Shown here piece after piece: positions 49,222 to 57,342 of a stretch of DNA of 64,000 bases. Both the position numbers and the translations under genes were made by a program. The notes beneath the pieces are model-generated. The model was not told where the DNA came from. It saw nothing but the letters and a program-made list of their open reading frames with translations, and did not search any database. Origin of the DNA: a virus (taxonomy: Duplodnaviria; Heunggongvirae; Uroviricota; Caudoviricetes); IMG/VR virus record IMGVR_UViG_3300049049_000146, positions 259,216 to 323,215 of that record. The stretch is one strand, 5' to 3'. Positions within the stretch are counted from its first letter, which is position 1; the number at the start of each line of letters is the position of its first letter.

Positions 49222-49256
49222 AAAGAAAAGGGGCGGAAGGAAATCCCTCCGCCCCT
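49222..49256 (-). terminator. rho-independent terminator after ssb
   Basis: AGGGGCGGAGGG-ATTT-CCTTCCGCCCCT followed by TTTCTTT. Confidence 0.85.
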
Positions 49257-49263
49257 AAGCTAA

Positions 49264-49600
49264 TCACTCATCATCGTCTGCGTCGTCGTCGAAATCATCA
49301 TCGTCGACAGGAGCCCTCTTGATGGGCTTCGCAGGGGCAGCAGCCTTCGCAGGCTTCTTAGCGGGCACGACGTCATCATCGTCGTCATCGTCGTCTACGA
49401 CCGGCTTCGCCTTCTTGGCGGGCTTGACGTCGTCATCGTCGTCTACGACCGGCTTCTTGGCCGGCTTCTTCACCGGCACATCGTCGTCATCGTCGTCGAC
49501 TGCGGGCTTCTTTGCAGCCGGCTTTCGAACCGGCACATCGTCATCATCGTCGTCATCGACAGCAGGCTTGGACGGCTTCTTGGAGGGCTTCACGTCCTCC
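49264..49600 (-). repeat. coding tandem repeat KPA(A)KKP(A/V)V-D5-8 (about 5 units)
   Basis: Repeated (GAC/GAT)n tracts alternating with AAG/CCG-rich units in the SSB tail. Confidence 0.85.
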
Positions 49601-50304
49601 TCTTCATCGTCCATCTTCTTCGACATAGGCTTCTTCCCGCCAGGGACCTTCGTCGAATCTTCGTCGCCGTCGTTGAAGTATCCGTGGCGCTTCAAGTCCT
49701 CGCGGATACGATGCACATCTGGCTCCAGATAGTGCTCGTCGAAGCTGATGAATTCAAATGCCTGCTCTTCCTCAGTGAGAGGAGAGCGATCACCCTTCTG
49801 AACCGCCCACTCAACGCCGCCACGCTTCTTAGAGCGCTGCTTCATGAGGAAGATATCAGTTCCGAACTTCGGGTGCGCGACAGAGTACGCCTGACCCTTC
49901 ACCGTGTTCAGCTTCTTCAGATCGATGATCTGGCGCATGACGGTGGGGGCGATATCGAGAGCACGGATCGGGTCGGACGAGCCGCTCTGCTGCGCCTCGC
50001 GGTCGATGACGTTCATCATGTAACGAACGCCAGGACGCTCACCAAGCTCGCAGACAGGGCAGTTGCCCTTCTTGCTCGTCGACTCGGTGGACTGATCCCA
50101 GTTTGCGCAGTCTACAGGATAGCGCTTCGTCTCGCCATTCTTGTTCTGGAACTCGATCCAGTGCTGCGCATAGGTAAAGACACCGCCGACAATACGGAAG
50201 CCATACCACTCATCCATCTTCGGCATGGCGACCTGGGGAATCTCTTCCTTCCAGTTCTTGTCACGGGTCCTAGGGTTTACGTCGTCAAAGTCCTTCAATG
50301 CCAT
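49264..50304 (-). CDS. gp32-type single-stranded DNA-binding protein
   Basis: QHW..DC...CPVCE..RYMMNVIDR..GTDIFL..; long acidic C-terminal tail. Confidence 0.8.
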   Translation of the reverse strand: MALKDFDDVNPRTRDKNWKEEIPQVAMPKMDEWYGFRIVGGVFTYAQHWIEFQNKNGETKRYPVDCANWDQSTESTSKKGNCPVCELGERPGVRYMMNVIDREAQQSGSSDPIRALDIAPTVMRQIIDLKKLNTVKGQAYSVAHPKFGTDIFLMKQRSKKRGGVEWAVQKGDRSPLTEEEQAFEFISFDEHYLEPDVHRIREDLKRHGYFNDGDEDSTKVPGGKKPMSKKMDDEEEDVKPSKKPSKPAVDDDDDDDVPVRKPAAKKPAVDDDDDDVPVKKPAKKPVVDDDDDVKPAKKAKPVVDDDDDDDDVVPAKKPAKAAAPAKPIKRAPVDDDDFDDDADDDE

Positions 50305-50316
50305 TGTTCTGATTTT

Positions 50317-51570
50317 CTACGGGTTACGGGTTAGTGGGGTACGTGCGGAGGATTGCTGCCTACGACGTTCTGCTTCTACTTTTCCCGGATCAAGCTCCTG
50401 CGCGACGTACTCGATTAGTCCGAAATGCAAACAGACTAGATTTCGTAGGTCGACAGGTAGATTGTCCAGTAAGACGTTTACAGAGTCAGAGGGGGAGTAA
50501 GCTAAGATGTCAACTTCATCAGGACTTTCCACCAAGTTCATCGCGGACGTACCGCCATCGGACTTGAGTGGGTAATCCAAAGAGCGCACTTGAGACGTGC
50601 GCACGGTGTTATATATCGTCTCCACGTGAGACTTTGAATACCCAGACAATTCTGAAAGATCAGAATCGTCAAGGGGCCCGTGCTGTGACTCAAGCTTCGA
50701 GCGGATCGCCTCCAGTTTGGCGTAATGCTGCCAGGTATTGGAGGAGACCTTGATGAGGTTCGAATCTTCCTTTACATAGAAGAGCATGCTCTGGCGAATC
50801 CACCAGCGAGCATGCCCTACGAATCTCGCGTTTGACACGTGGTCATACGACGAGGTCGCACGCAGCAGCCCGAACGAACCGTTCTGGAAATTGTCGAGCG
50901 AATGATCGTCAGAAATGGCCTGACTCTTCGCCAACTTCAGGATTACGCGTGAATAGGCGTTGAAGATCTTGTCGTAGATGCGTCGCAACGCGTCGAGTCG
51001 GCGCTCAACATAGCGGATCACGCCAAATGAACTGAGCGGGTCGAGGAAACACTGCTGCTCGATGCGGTGACACTCTGCGTCGGCAGCAGAAGCGCGCAGT
51101 AAGTCACCCTGCGCGTACGCCTCACTCGACGCGATGCATGCCTCAGTGTAACCGTTCGTAGCCGCAACCCAGTCCTTTACGATCTGCTCGAAGACCATGC
51201 GGGTCAACGGTAAGCTCAGGATCAGGTCAATTTGACGATCTACGTCGGCGTCAAGGAGTGCCCGCTGAAGGTCCATGCAGCGACACAGGAACTCTGCCTG
51301 ACGTTCCTCGGCATCCGGAGGTACATCACGTACGGAACCATCAACGAACGCCACAGAGCGTCGGTAAATCGCCTTATTGCGGTCGAGATTCGCCGCGACC
51401 TCCGCGCCAAGAGCCACGATGCGCAGCTGTACGTAATTGCTCTCACGCACAATCAAGCGAACACAGTCGTTCACGAGGTGCGACGCGCGAGCGAACAGGG
51501 GGAAAAGCTCTTCTTGGGTGAGCGTTTCTCCTGTGTTTACGGACTCGATGAGTTTTCTGGCTGAAAGCAT
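50317..51570 (-). CDS. RpoD-like sigma-70 family sigma factor with degenerate region 4
   Basis: DNFQNGSFGLLRA..YD....RFVGHARWWIRQSM matches region 2; SLDYP region 3.2; region 4 eroded. Confidence 0.88.
   Translation of the reverse strand: MLSARKLIESVNTGETLTQEELFPLFARASHLVNDCVRLIVRESNYVQLRIVALGAEVAANLDRNKAIYRRSVAFVDGSVRDVPPDAEERQAEFLCRCMDLQRALLDADVDRQIDLILSLPLTRMVFEQIVKDWVAATNGYTEACIASSEAYAQGDLLRASAADAECHRIEQQCFLDPLSSFGVIRYVERRLDALRRIYDKIFNAYSRVILKLAKSQAISDDHSLDNFQNGSFGLLRATSSYDHVSNARFVGHARWWIRQSMLFYVKEDSNLIKVSSNTWQHYAKLEAIRSKLESQHGPLDDSDLSELSGYSKSHVETIYNTVRTSQVRSLDYPLKSDGGTSAMNLVESPDEVDILAYSPSDSVNVLLDNLPVDLRNLVCLHFGLIEYVAQELDPGKVEAERRRQQSSARTPLTRNP
50318..50333 (-). promoter_or_regulatory. 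TAACCCG-TAACCCG-TA motif upstream of ssb (shared with recA)
   Basis: 7-nt tandem repeat ending 14 nt before the ssb ATG. Confidence 0.55.
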
Positions 51571-52034
51571 CAGGTGAGTCGCTTGAGCCTATCGCTGATC
51601 GTGATGTCCCGCGACTGTTCGCGGAGGCGCTTCGCTTCAGTGTTGTTTGAGTAGAGCACGGTCTCGGCCAGTTTCAACAAGTGGGGGCACAGGCCCACCT
51701 TCTGGTCGGACCGAAAGCGGTCAGGGATATCGCCGCGCTCGACTTTCGAGTCAGTCGCGCCGTTCGTGTACAACGAATTCGACAGACGATATTTGAAGTA
51801 CGCACAGGTACACCCAACCTTTACAGAAGCAGTAGCGTCAACCTTCTCTGCGTACATATGAATTGTAGGTCTGCGTGGTTGCTCGCCGCCGACGACAATC
51901 GCTGAGAACGAGAGATACTCTCCGCCTTCGTCCTCGCCTTTGCTCTGCTTAAGGGTGTCGATCACGTAGTCACCCTTGAACATCTTCTTGTCCGTGGCAG
52001 TGATCGATAGCAGCTGAGCAAGGGATAGCGACAT
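51570..52034 (-). CDS. SWIM zinc-finger protein
   Basis: VGCTCAYF...GLCPHL; coupled to the sigma gene. Confidence 0.75.
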   Translation of the reverse strand: MSLSLAQLLSITATDKKMFKGDYVIDTLKQSKGEDEGGEYLSFSAIVVGGEQPRRPTIHMYAEKVDATASVKVGCTCAYFKYRLSNSLYTNGATDSKVERGDIPDRFRSDQKVGLCPHLLKLAETVLYSNNTEAKRLREQSRDITISDRLKRLT

Positions 52035-52270
52035 CAGAACACCTTGAATACCTTGTTCATCAACTCAAGCGAGGCACGCAACTTACGCAAAATGAAGCGA
52101 TTCTTAGGCGTAAGATGCTCAGAGATACGCGATGCCTGCGTGTCCATGAGAAGGAAGGCTAGGACTTGGGAGAGATAGAAGATGTCTTCACCCTCTTGAA
52201 TCCCTCGCGCTGCCATCTCGGACCGCATGCGCCTCGCGTCCTCCGCAACGTCTTGGTAAGATTTGTTCAT
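52034..52270 (-). CDS. hypothetical protein
   Basis: 78 aa, coupled. Confidence 0.65.
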   Translation of the reverse strand: MNKSYQDVAEDARRMRSEMAARGIQEGEDIFYLSQVLAFLLMDTQASRISEHLTPKNRFILRKLRASLELMNKVFKVF

Positions 52271-52400
52271 GAGTGAGCCTACAGTCTACCATCTTCAGAT
52301 ACGAATCGAGTAACTCTTCGTATTGTGAAGGGTTCAGACGAAACTTGGAGGCAGCCTTGGTGAAGCGCTCCTCAAGAATAGGTAATTCAGAACGGCTCAT
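52188..52400 (-). CDS. hypothetical protein
   Basis: 70 aa; fills the gap but overlaps the next gene by 83 nt. Confidence 0.45.
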   Translation of the reverse strand: MSRSELPILEERFTKAASKFRLNPSQYEELLDSYLKMVDCRLTHEQILPRRCGGREAHAVRDGSARDSRG

Positions 52401-52413
52401 AGGTCAACAACCC

Positions 52414-53220
52414 CTAGAGTTCCTTCCAGGCACCGAGCGAAAACAGTAAGAAATCGTATTTCAGCGGGTCGTGAGGGTCGAGACAGCGCAAACTAGCTGT
52501 AATTTCCTCAGCAACAGCCCACGAACTACCCGATCTGCTCGTCAAGCCAAGAACAGAACTCGCTTTCTGTACATGCGTATCCAGCGGAATGATAAGCTCT
52601 GAGCGTGAGATTCCAGACCATATACCTAAATCTACGTCATCCTTCCGCACCATCCACCGCAGGAACATGTTGAGACGCTTGCATGCGCCTTTCTTACGGG
52701 GATCAGGAATCAGATAAGAGAACGAGGGAGAACCTTCGACAGGGAGACCTAAAGGGGAGAAATCTAATCCACGAAGGAGCGACACAAATGAACACAACGT
52801 GTCGTACAGAGGCTCCTCTTGTCGCTCGATAACGAAAGCGCTTTCAAGCGAGCCGTACATCTCAATCAAGTGCTTGGTTGCGTACAGCAGGCACCTGATG
52901 TCGTCCGCAGAATTGAATCGGTACAGCAGGCCGTGGAAATACTTCCTAACATCGGCACTCCTAACGAAGTCGTAAGGAGACGATCCCATTACGTCGAAGA
53001 TGCCTCGAACGACGGGAACGAATACCTTACGCTGACCGTACGCCAATGAAGACGCCACAAGGCCCGCGATCTCCAGGTCTTCCGGGCGCGAGTATCGATA
53101 GATCGTACCGATAGGGTCATCTGCTGAGGCACTAAGACGAAGGGCGGCTCTCTTTTCAGAAAGCCGCCTGTCCAGGAACTCACGCAGATAGTCAGATCGC
53201 TCTGACGAAAGCTGCATCAA
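52414..53220 (-). CDS. TIGR02757 (DUF2400) family protein, HhH-like
   Basis: DPI..EIAGL..SSLAYG, ACKRLNMFLRWMVRKDDVDLGIW, IPLDTHV, DPHDPLKYDF. Confidence 0.9.
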   Translation of the reverse strand: MMQLSSERSDYLREFLDRRLSEKRAALRLSASADDPIGTIYRYSRPEDLEIAGLVASSLAYGQRKVFVPVVRGIFDVMGSSPYDFVRSADVRKYFHGLLYRFNSADDIRCLLYATKHLIEMYGSLESAFVIERQEEPLYDTLCSFVSLLRGLDFSPLGLPVEGSPSFSYLIPDPRKKGACKRLNMFLRWMVRKDDVDLGIWSGISRSELIIPLDTHVQKASSVLGLTSRSGSSWAVAEEITASLRCLDPHDPLKYDFLLFSLGAWKEL

Positions 53221-54935
53221 CCCTCACACATCGTGCACTCGGAAGCAGACCGATAGTACGATCTGCTACCGCTGTCTCCTTTGAGAACAGAACTGGTACG
53301 GCAGTAATACAACGTTGCGAGCCCCGACGACCAAGCCTCAATGTGCACCTTGTTGAGGTACTTGGTATCAGTGTTCGCAGGGAAGAACAGGTTCAGGGAC
53401 TGGCCCTGGTCGATGTGACGCTGACGAGCGGCAGCCAGACGAACCAGGACGTACTGATTGAGTTCTCTCGCGGTGAGGAAAACGTTCTTCTCGTCTTCCG
53501 AGAGGAAATCCAGACCCTGGACGCTTCCGTTATTGTTGACGATGTGCTTCCAGGTCTCGGAATTGTTCTTGCCCTTCGAGTCAAGAAGAGCCTCAAGCTG
53601 CCTGTTCTTCTGCAGGAAGGTACCCTTCGCCGACTTCTGAGCGAAGGCGTTTGCGGCCCAAGGCTCGATACCCGCGGACACGTTACCCGAGATGAGCGAG
53701 TTCGAAACGGTAGGCGCAATCGCGAGGAGGTGCGTGTTACGACGGCCGTATCCCTTGCACCACTCAGGCTCACCGAACGCTTCAGCGAGGGCCTTCGTAG
53801 CGATCTCAGCCTCTGCGCGGATGAACTTGAACATCTGGAGGTTCAGGAGATGCGTCTCCATGCAGTCGAATGGGATCATTCGCTGCTGGAGCAGCGTATG
53901 GAACCCGAGGATGCCGAGACCGAGAGCGCGGCTCTTCACCGAGAAGGCATGTGCGCGCTCGAACCCCTTGAGGTTAGCCGTCTTCTGGATGAACTCCTCC
54001 ATGACAGCGTCAAGGAACCAGATTGCAAGCTGCACCGTATCGGTGTCCTTCCACTCATCCCAGCGTGCTGCGTTGAGGGAGCTAAGGCAGCACACGAACG
54101 TGTGGTGTTCATCGGTGTGGAGAAGGATCTCAGAGCACAACTGGGACGTCTTTACGTCCAGGCCAAGGTCCTTGTACCACTGAGGGCGCATTCTGTCTGC
54201 GTTGTCGCGGAAGAACAGGTAAGGCTCACCCGTCTCGAAGCGCGACTTCAGAATATGCTTCCAGCGACGACGAGACTCCTTGTCTCCGTCGACGACCTTC
54301 TGCATGAATTCATCACCGATGCTGACCGCGTGGTGAATATTCAGGCACTGACGATTGAGGTCGCCTTTGGGGCGACGCATCTCAATGAATTCGTCGAAAT
54401 CTCCGTGCTCGACGGGGAGGTACGCCGAAGATGCACCCCTGCGTGTTCCTCCCTGAGAGATGCCGATCGTCACAGAGTCCTGGATCTTCAGGAACGGTAC
54501 GATTCCGTCGGAGACTCCGTTGCCCTTGATGGCGGAGCCGCGGGCACGAACATCACCCCAATACGTGCCGATACCTCCGCCGTTCTTCGAGAGCATCGAG
54601 ATTTCGTGCATCGAAGACATGATTCCATCGACGCTGTCGGGAATCGTCATCCCGTAACACGAAATCGGAAGACCTCGCTCCGTGCCGAGGTTCGCAGCAA
54701 CAGGAGAAGCGGGGCACAGCCAGTTCTTCCAGAAGATATTGAAGAACTTCGCTTCGAGATCAGGACGCTTCAGCGTCTTCGCAGCGGCGCGTGCGAGACG
54801 CAAGTACATCGTACGAGGAGTCTCTCCTGCAAGGAGATACCCGCGGCTGAGGGTTTCGTAACCCTCAATAGTCATCCACTCAGGAACGTCGCCATTACGC
54901 TTCAGATCATCGAGATTAGGACTGCTCATGGTCAC
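53217..54935 (-). CDS. nrdA: class I ribonucleotide reductase alpha subunit (no ATP cone)
   Basis: GLPISC, GGGIG, QLCSEI thiyl loop, CCLSS, APTVS, DQGQSLN, LYY, C-terminal CTMCEG. Confidence 0.95.
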   Translation of the reverse strand: MTMSSPNLDDLKRNGDVPEWMTIEGYETLSRGYLLAGETPRTMYLRLARAAAKTLKRPDLEAKFFNIFWKNWLCPASPVAANLGTERGLPISCYGMTIPDSVDGIMSSMHEISMLSKNGGGIGTYWGDVRARGSAIKGNGVSDGIVPFLKIQDSVTIGISQGGTRRGASSAYLPVEHGDFDEFIEMRRPKGDLNRQCLNIHHAVSIGDEFMQKVVDGDKESRRRWKHILKSRFETGEPYLFFRDNADRMRPQWYKDLGLDVKTSQLCSEILLHTDEHHTFVCCLSSLNAARWDEWKDTDTVQLAIWFLDAVMEEFIQKTANLKGFERAHAFSVKSRALGLGILGFHTLLQQRMIPFDCMETHLLNLQMFKFIRAEAEIATKALAEAFGEPEWCKGYGRRNTHLLAIAPTVSNSLISGNVSAGIEPWAANAFAQKSAKGTFLQKNRQLEALLDSKGKNNSETWKHIVNNNGSVQGLDFLSEDEKNVFLTARELNQYVLVRLAAARQRHIDQGQSLNLFFPANTDTKYLNKVHIEAWSSGLATLYYCRTSSVLKGDSGSRSYYRSASECTMCEG

Positions 54936-55915
54936 TCCGCCGCGTCGGCAAGGTCGTCATCGAACATGGTGTCGAAGTCGAGAGCGCCCTTCGAGTAGTC
55001 CGACACGCGATTTGCGAAGAAGTCCTGACTCTCTACACCACTACTGAGGAAATCGAACCAAGCCATGCGATCGAGAGACTCCGAATTGATGTTGTCCCAA
55101 TTGCGCTTGAGACCGAGGTCGCCAAGCTTCACGTTTGCGCGATTGCGAATGAACTGCTTCAGGTCGTACTTCGAGAGACCCTTAGGCTCACCAGCACCGA
55201 AAACAGAATCAATGAAGCTGTCCTCAAGAGCGACAGTAGTGCGAGCAGCCTCGTAGATCTCACGCTTCAATTCGTCGTCCCAGATTTCTGGGTTCTCAGA
55301 GATAAACTGACGGAACAGCCAGCATCCTGCTTCCGAGTGAAGCGATTCATCGCGAATCGAGAACGCGATGATTTGACCTACGCCCTTCAGGAGATTCCAT
55401 CGAGAGAAGTTGAGAAGAACAGCAAAGCTAGAAAACAACGAAACGCCCTCAGTGAACCCTGAGAACGTTGCGAGAGAGCGTGCGATGTCACGCTTATCAC
55501 CATTCTTTACAGCAAGGAGGCGGTCAATCTTCGCCTTGGCTGCTGGCTCCTCTAGGAAGGCGTCGTAGTCCTCCAGACCGAGGCTGTCGTTCAGGTGCGC
55601 GTACGCGATCGTGTGGATCGTCTCCATCGCACCGAAGCACGAGGCCATCATTGCAACCTCGGGGTGCCTGAACCAGCCAGCGACGTTCTTCGTCCAGTAG
55701 TCGTTGACGATGATTTCCGTCTGAATGAACCCCTTCAGCACGCCACCGACAATCGACTTATCGGTGTCACTCAGGAGGAGCTTCCAGTCCTGGACATCCG
55801 AGGACATCGGTACCTCGGAGTGCAGCCAATGGGCGTTCTGCTGCTTGAGCCAATAGTCGTAAGCTTGTGGGTAATGAAACGGCTTGTATGTGTTGCGTAC
55901 TTCCAGAAGACCCAC
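54932..55915 (-). CDS. nrdB: class I ribonucleotide reductase beta subunit
   Basis: YKPFHYP, W..SEV, ETIHTIAY, EGVSLFSSF, RDESLH, DFFANRVSDY. Confidence 0.95.
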   Translation of the reverse strand: MGLLEVRNTYKPFHYPQAYDYWLKQQNAHWLHSEVPMSSDVQDWKLLLSDTDKSIVGGVLKGFIQTEIIVNDYWTKNVAGWFRHPEVAMMASCFGAMETIHTIAYAHLNDSLGLEDYDAFLEEPAAKAKIDRLLAVKNGDKRDIARSLATFSGFTEGVSLFSSFAVLLNFSRWNLLKGVGQIIAFSIRDESLHSEAGCWLFRQFISENPEIWDDELKREIYEAARTTVALEDSFIDSVFGAGEPKGLSKYDLKQFIRNRANVKLGDLGLKRNWDNINSESLDRMAWFDFLSSGVESQDFFANRVSDYSKGALDFDTMFDDDLADAAE

Positions 55916-55939
55916 GGGACCACCTCAAAGGGAAAAGAA

Positions 55940-56070
55940 TGCCGCTAGGGATCTAGAACGTGCCCAGTCCCTATGTTGTTTGACCCGAGCCGGAAAGGCC
56001 GTGACCTACTTAGCGAGTCTTGAGTCTAGATAAGTAGGGACCAAGCAGGTCTAAGACACGTCGGTCAAGC
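55940..56070 (-). promoter_or_regulatory. candidate structured leader upstream of nrdB
   Basis: Five nested inverted repeats in the largest non-coding gap of the window. Confidence 0.4.
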
Positions 56071-56077
56071 GAAAGAA

Positions 56078-56506
56078 TTAGCGACGTAACCACGCGTTAA
56101 GAGACGAGATATAAGCGTCGATGTGCTCCGAAAGCTTCATCAAAGCGCTGTCAATCTCCTTCTCGGTGGTGACGGCAGAAAGAGCAGGTACGAGATCGGA
56201 TTGTGCACGAGTCCACACGTCAGCGTCAACCTTGAACGCGTGCGCGAGACGCAGGTAAGAGTCGGACACAACAGCGAGAGCATGAGCACGTTCCGAGTAC
56301 GACCCTTTACGGGACTGGACGAGCACTGCCTTCAACTTCGTTGAAGTCTGAAGCAACTTCGTGGCACGAACGGAAGTGTAATCATCCCGGTCGGACGTCA
56401 TCGTCTTCTTCAACTGAGCAAGCTGACCCGCAGAACGGGTAACATGCTTCTCTTTGAGCATGCCTTCGAGCTTCTCGACAATTTCAAGCGCAGCCTTGTT
56501 AGTCAT
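56078..56506 (-). CDS. hypothetical protein
   Basis: 142 aa, coupled, GAGGAGG SD. Confidence 0.7.
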   Translation of the reverse strand: MTNKAALEIVEKLEGMLKEKHVTRSAGQLAQLKKTMTSDRDDYTSVRATKLLQTSTKLKAVLVQSRKGSYSERAHALAVVSDSYLRLAHAFKVDADVWTRAQSDLVPALSAVTTEKEIDSALMKLSEHIDAYISSLNAWLRR

Positions 56507-57342
56507 CAGCCCCTCCTCACGAGGGAAGACGGGCTGATCAGCAGTTGCTCAAGATCGTCACGGAAGCACACTCCGTAGTATGAGCACCCAAGGTTGTGTC
56601 CTTCGTAGGTGCTCGAACACGTACGCGCAGGCATCTCACCCGAGTATAGGTCGTCCTTCGCCTTTGCGAACTGCTTCAAGGCTTCCGGGTAAACGTCGTG
56701 TAGAGGCTCGCGAACAAAGACCGCGAACTCTTTCGGCCGATTACGACTGAAGTACACAAAGATGAGCTTGTCGAGTGACCAGTCGAACTGCTGGTTCAGC
56801 GAAGCGAGGTAACAGGATGCCTGGACCATGTGCTTCGGGTATGGGCTGGTCAGCTTCTTCAGGTTCTCAGAAGACGTCGTCTTGAATTCCCCGACAGCGT
56901 TGTATCTCTTGAATACAGCATCAACGTGCATTCCAAGCTCTGAGTCGATCTCAAATTCTTCGTACTTCTGTGGTTTCCCGCAGACAGGGCACGTGGCGGA
57001 TCCCTCACGCATCTTTTCGGTAACGCCGCAGCAGGTCCAGTTACCGAACAACAGCGAAATCATTCCGAGGTACTGCTGTACGTGCTCGTGCACTGCATGC
57101 CCGATGCGGACATAGAAGTTGAAGGAGTAATCCTCACTCCTGACAGGCCGCTGATGAAGCGGCCATCGCTTGTGGATGACTACTTCACGAGAACAGAAAG
57201 GAAGGCGGCTCGCACGAAACTGGAAATCGTACGGAACGTAAAACTCCGAGGCCATCGCTTGATTGAGATCGACACTGACCGCCTTCTCAATCTCTGCGCG
57301 AATCTCGTTCGTCAGGCTTGCTGAAGGAACTCGTGCAGCCAT
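56506..57342 (-). CDS. Cas4-like PD-(D/E)xK exonuclease
   Basis: ASRLPFC, GHAVHE, VDAV..EFKT, QASCY, C-terminal C..CSYYGVC; CC..CPVC insertion. Confidence 0.8.
   Translation of the reverse strand: MAARVPSASLTNEIRAEIEKAVSVDLNQAMASEFYVPYDFQFRASRLPFCSREVVIHKRWPLHQRPVRSEDYSFNFYVRIGHAVHEHVQQYLGMISLLFGNWTCCGVTEKMREGSATCPVCGKPQKYEEFEIDSELGMHVDAVFKRYNAVGEFKTTSSENLKKLTSPYPKHMVQASCYLASLNQQFDWSLDKLIFVYFSRNRPKEFAVFVREPLHDVYPEALKQFAKAKDDLYSGEMPARTCSSTYEGHNLGCSYYGVCFRDDLEQLLISPSSLVRRG

Noticed and set aside
52034-52400. Programmed frameshift between two overlapping small ORFs
   Set aside because: No clear slippery heptamer; the downstream ORF has its own ATG
53343-54998. 551-aa plus-strand ORF
   Set aside because: Antisense shadow of nrdA; explained by biased codon usage, with no protein-like motifs
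55916-56077. tRNA or NrdR boxes in the nrdB upstream gap
   Set aside because: No T-loop or cloverleaf consensus and no acaCwAtATaTwGtg-like pair seen
55916-57342. CRISPR system suggested by the Cas4-like gene
   Set aside because: No repeat-spacer array or other cas genes; the window is almost fully coding
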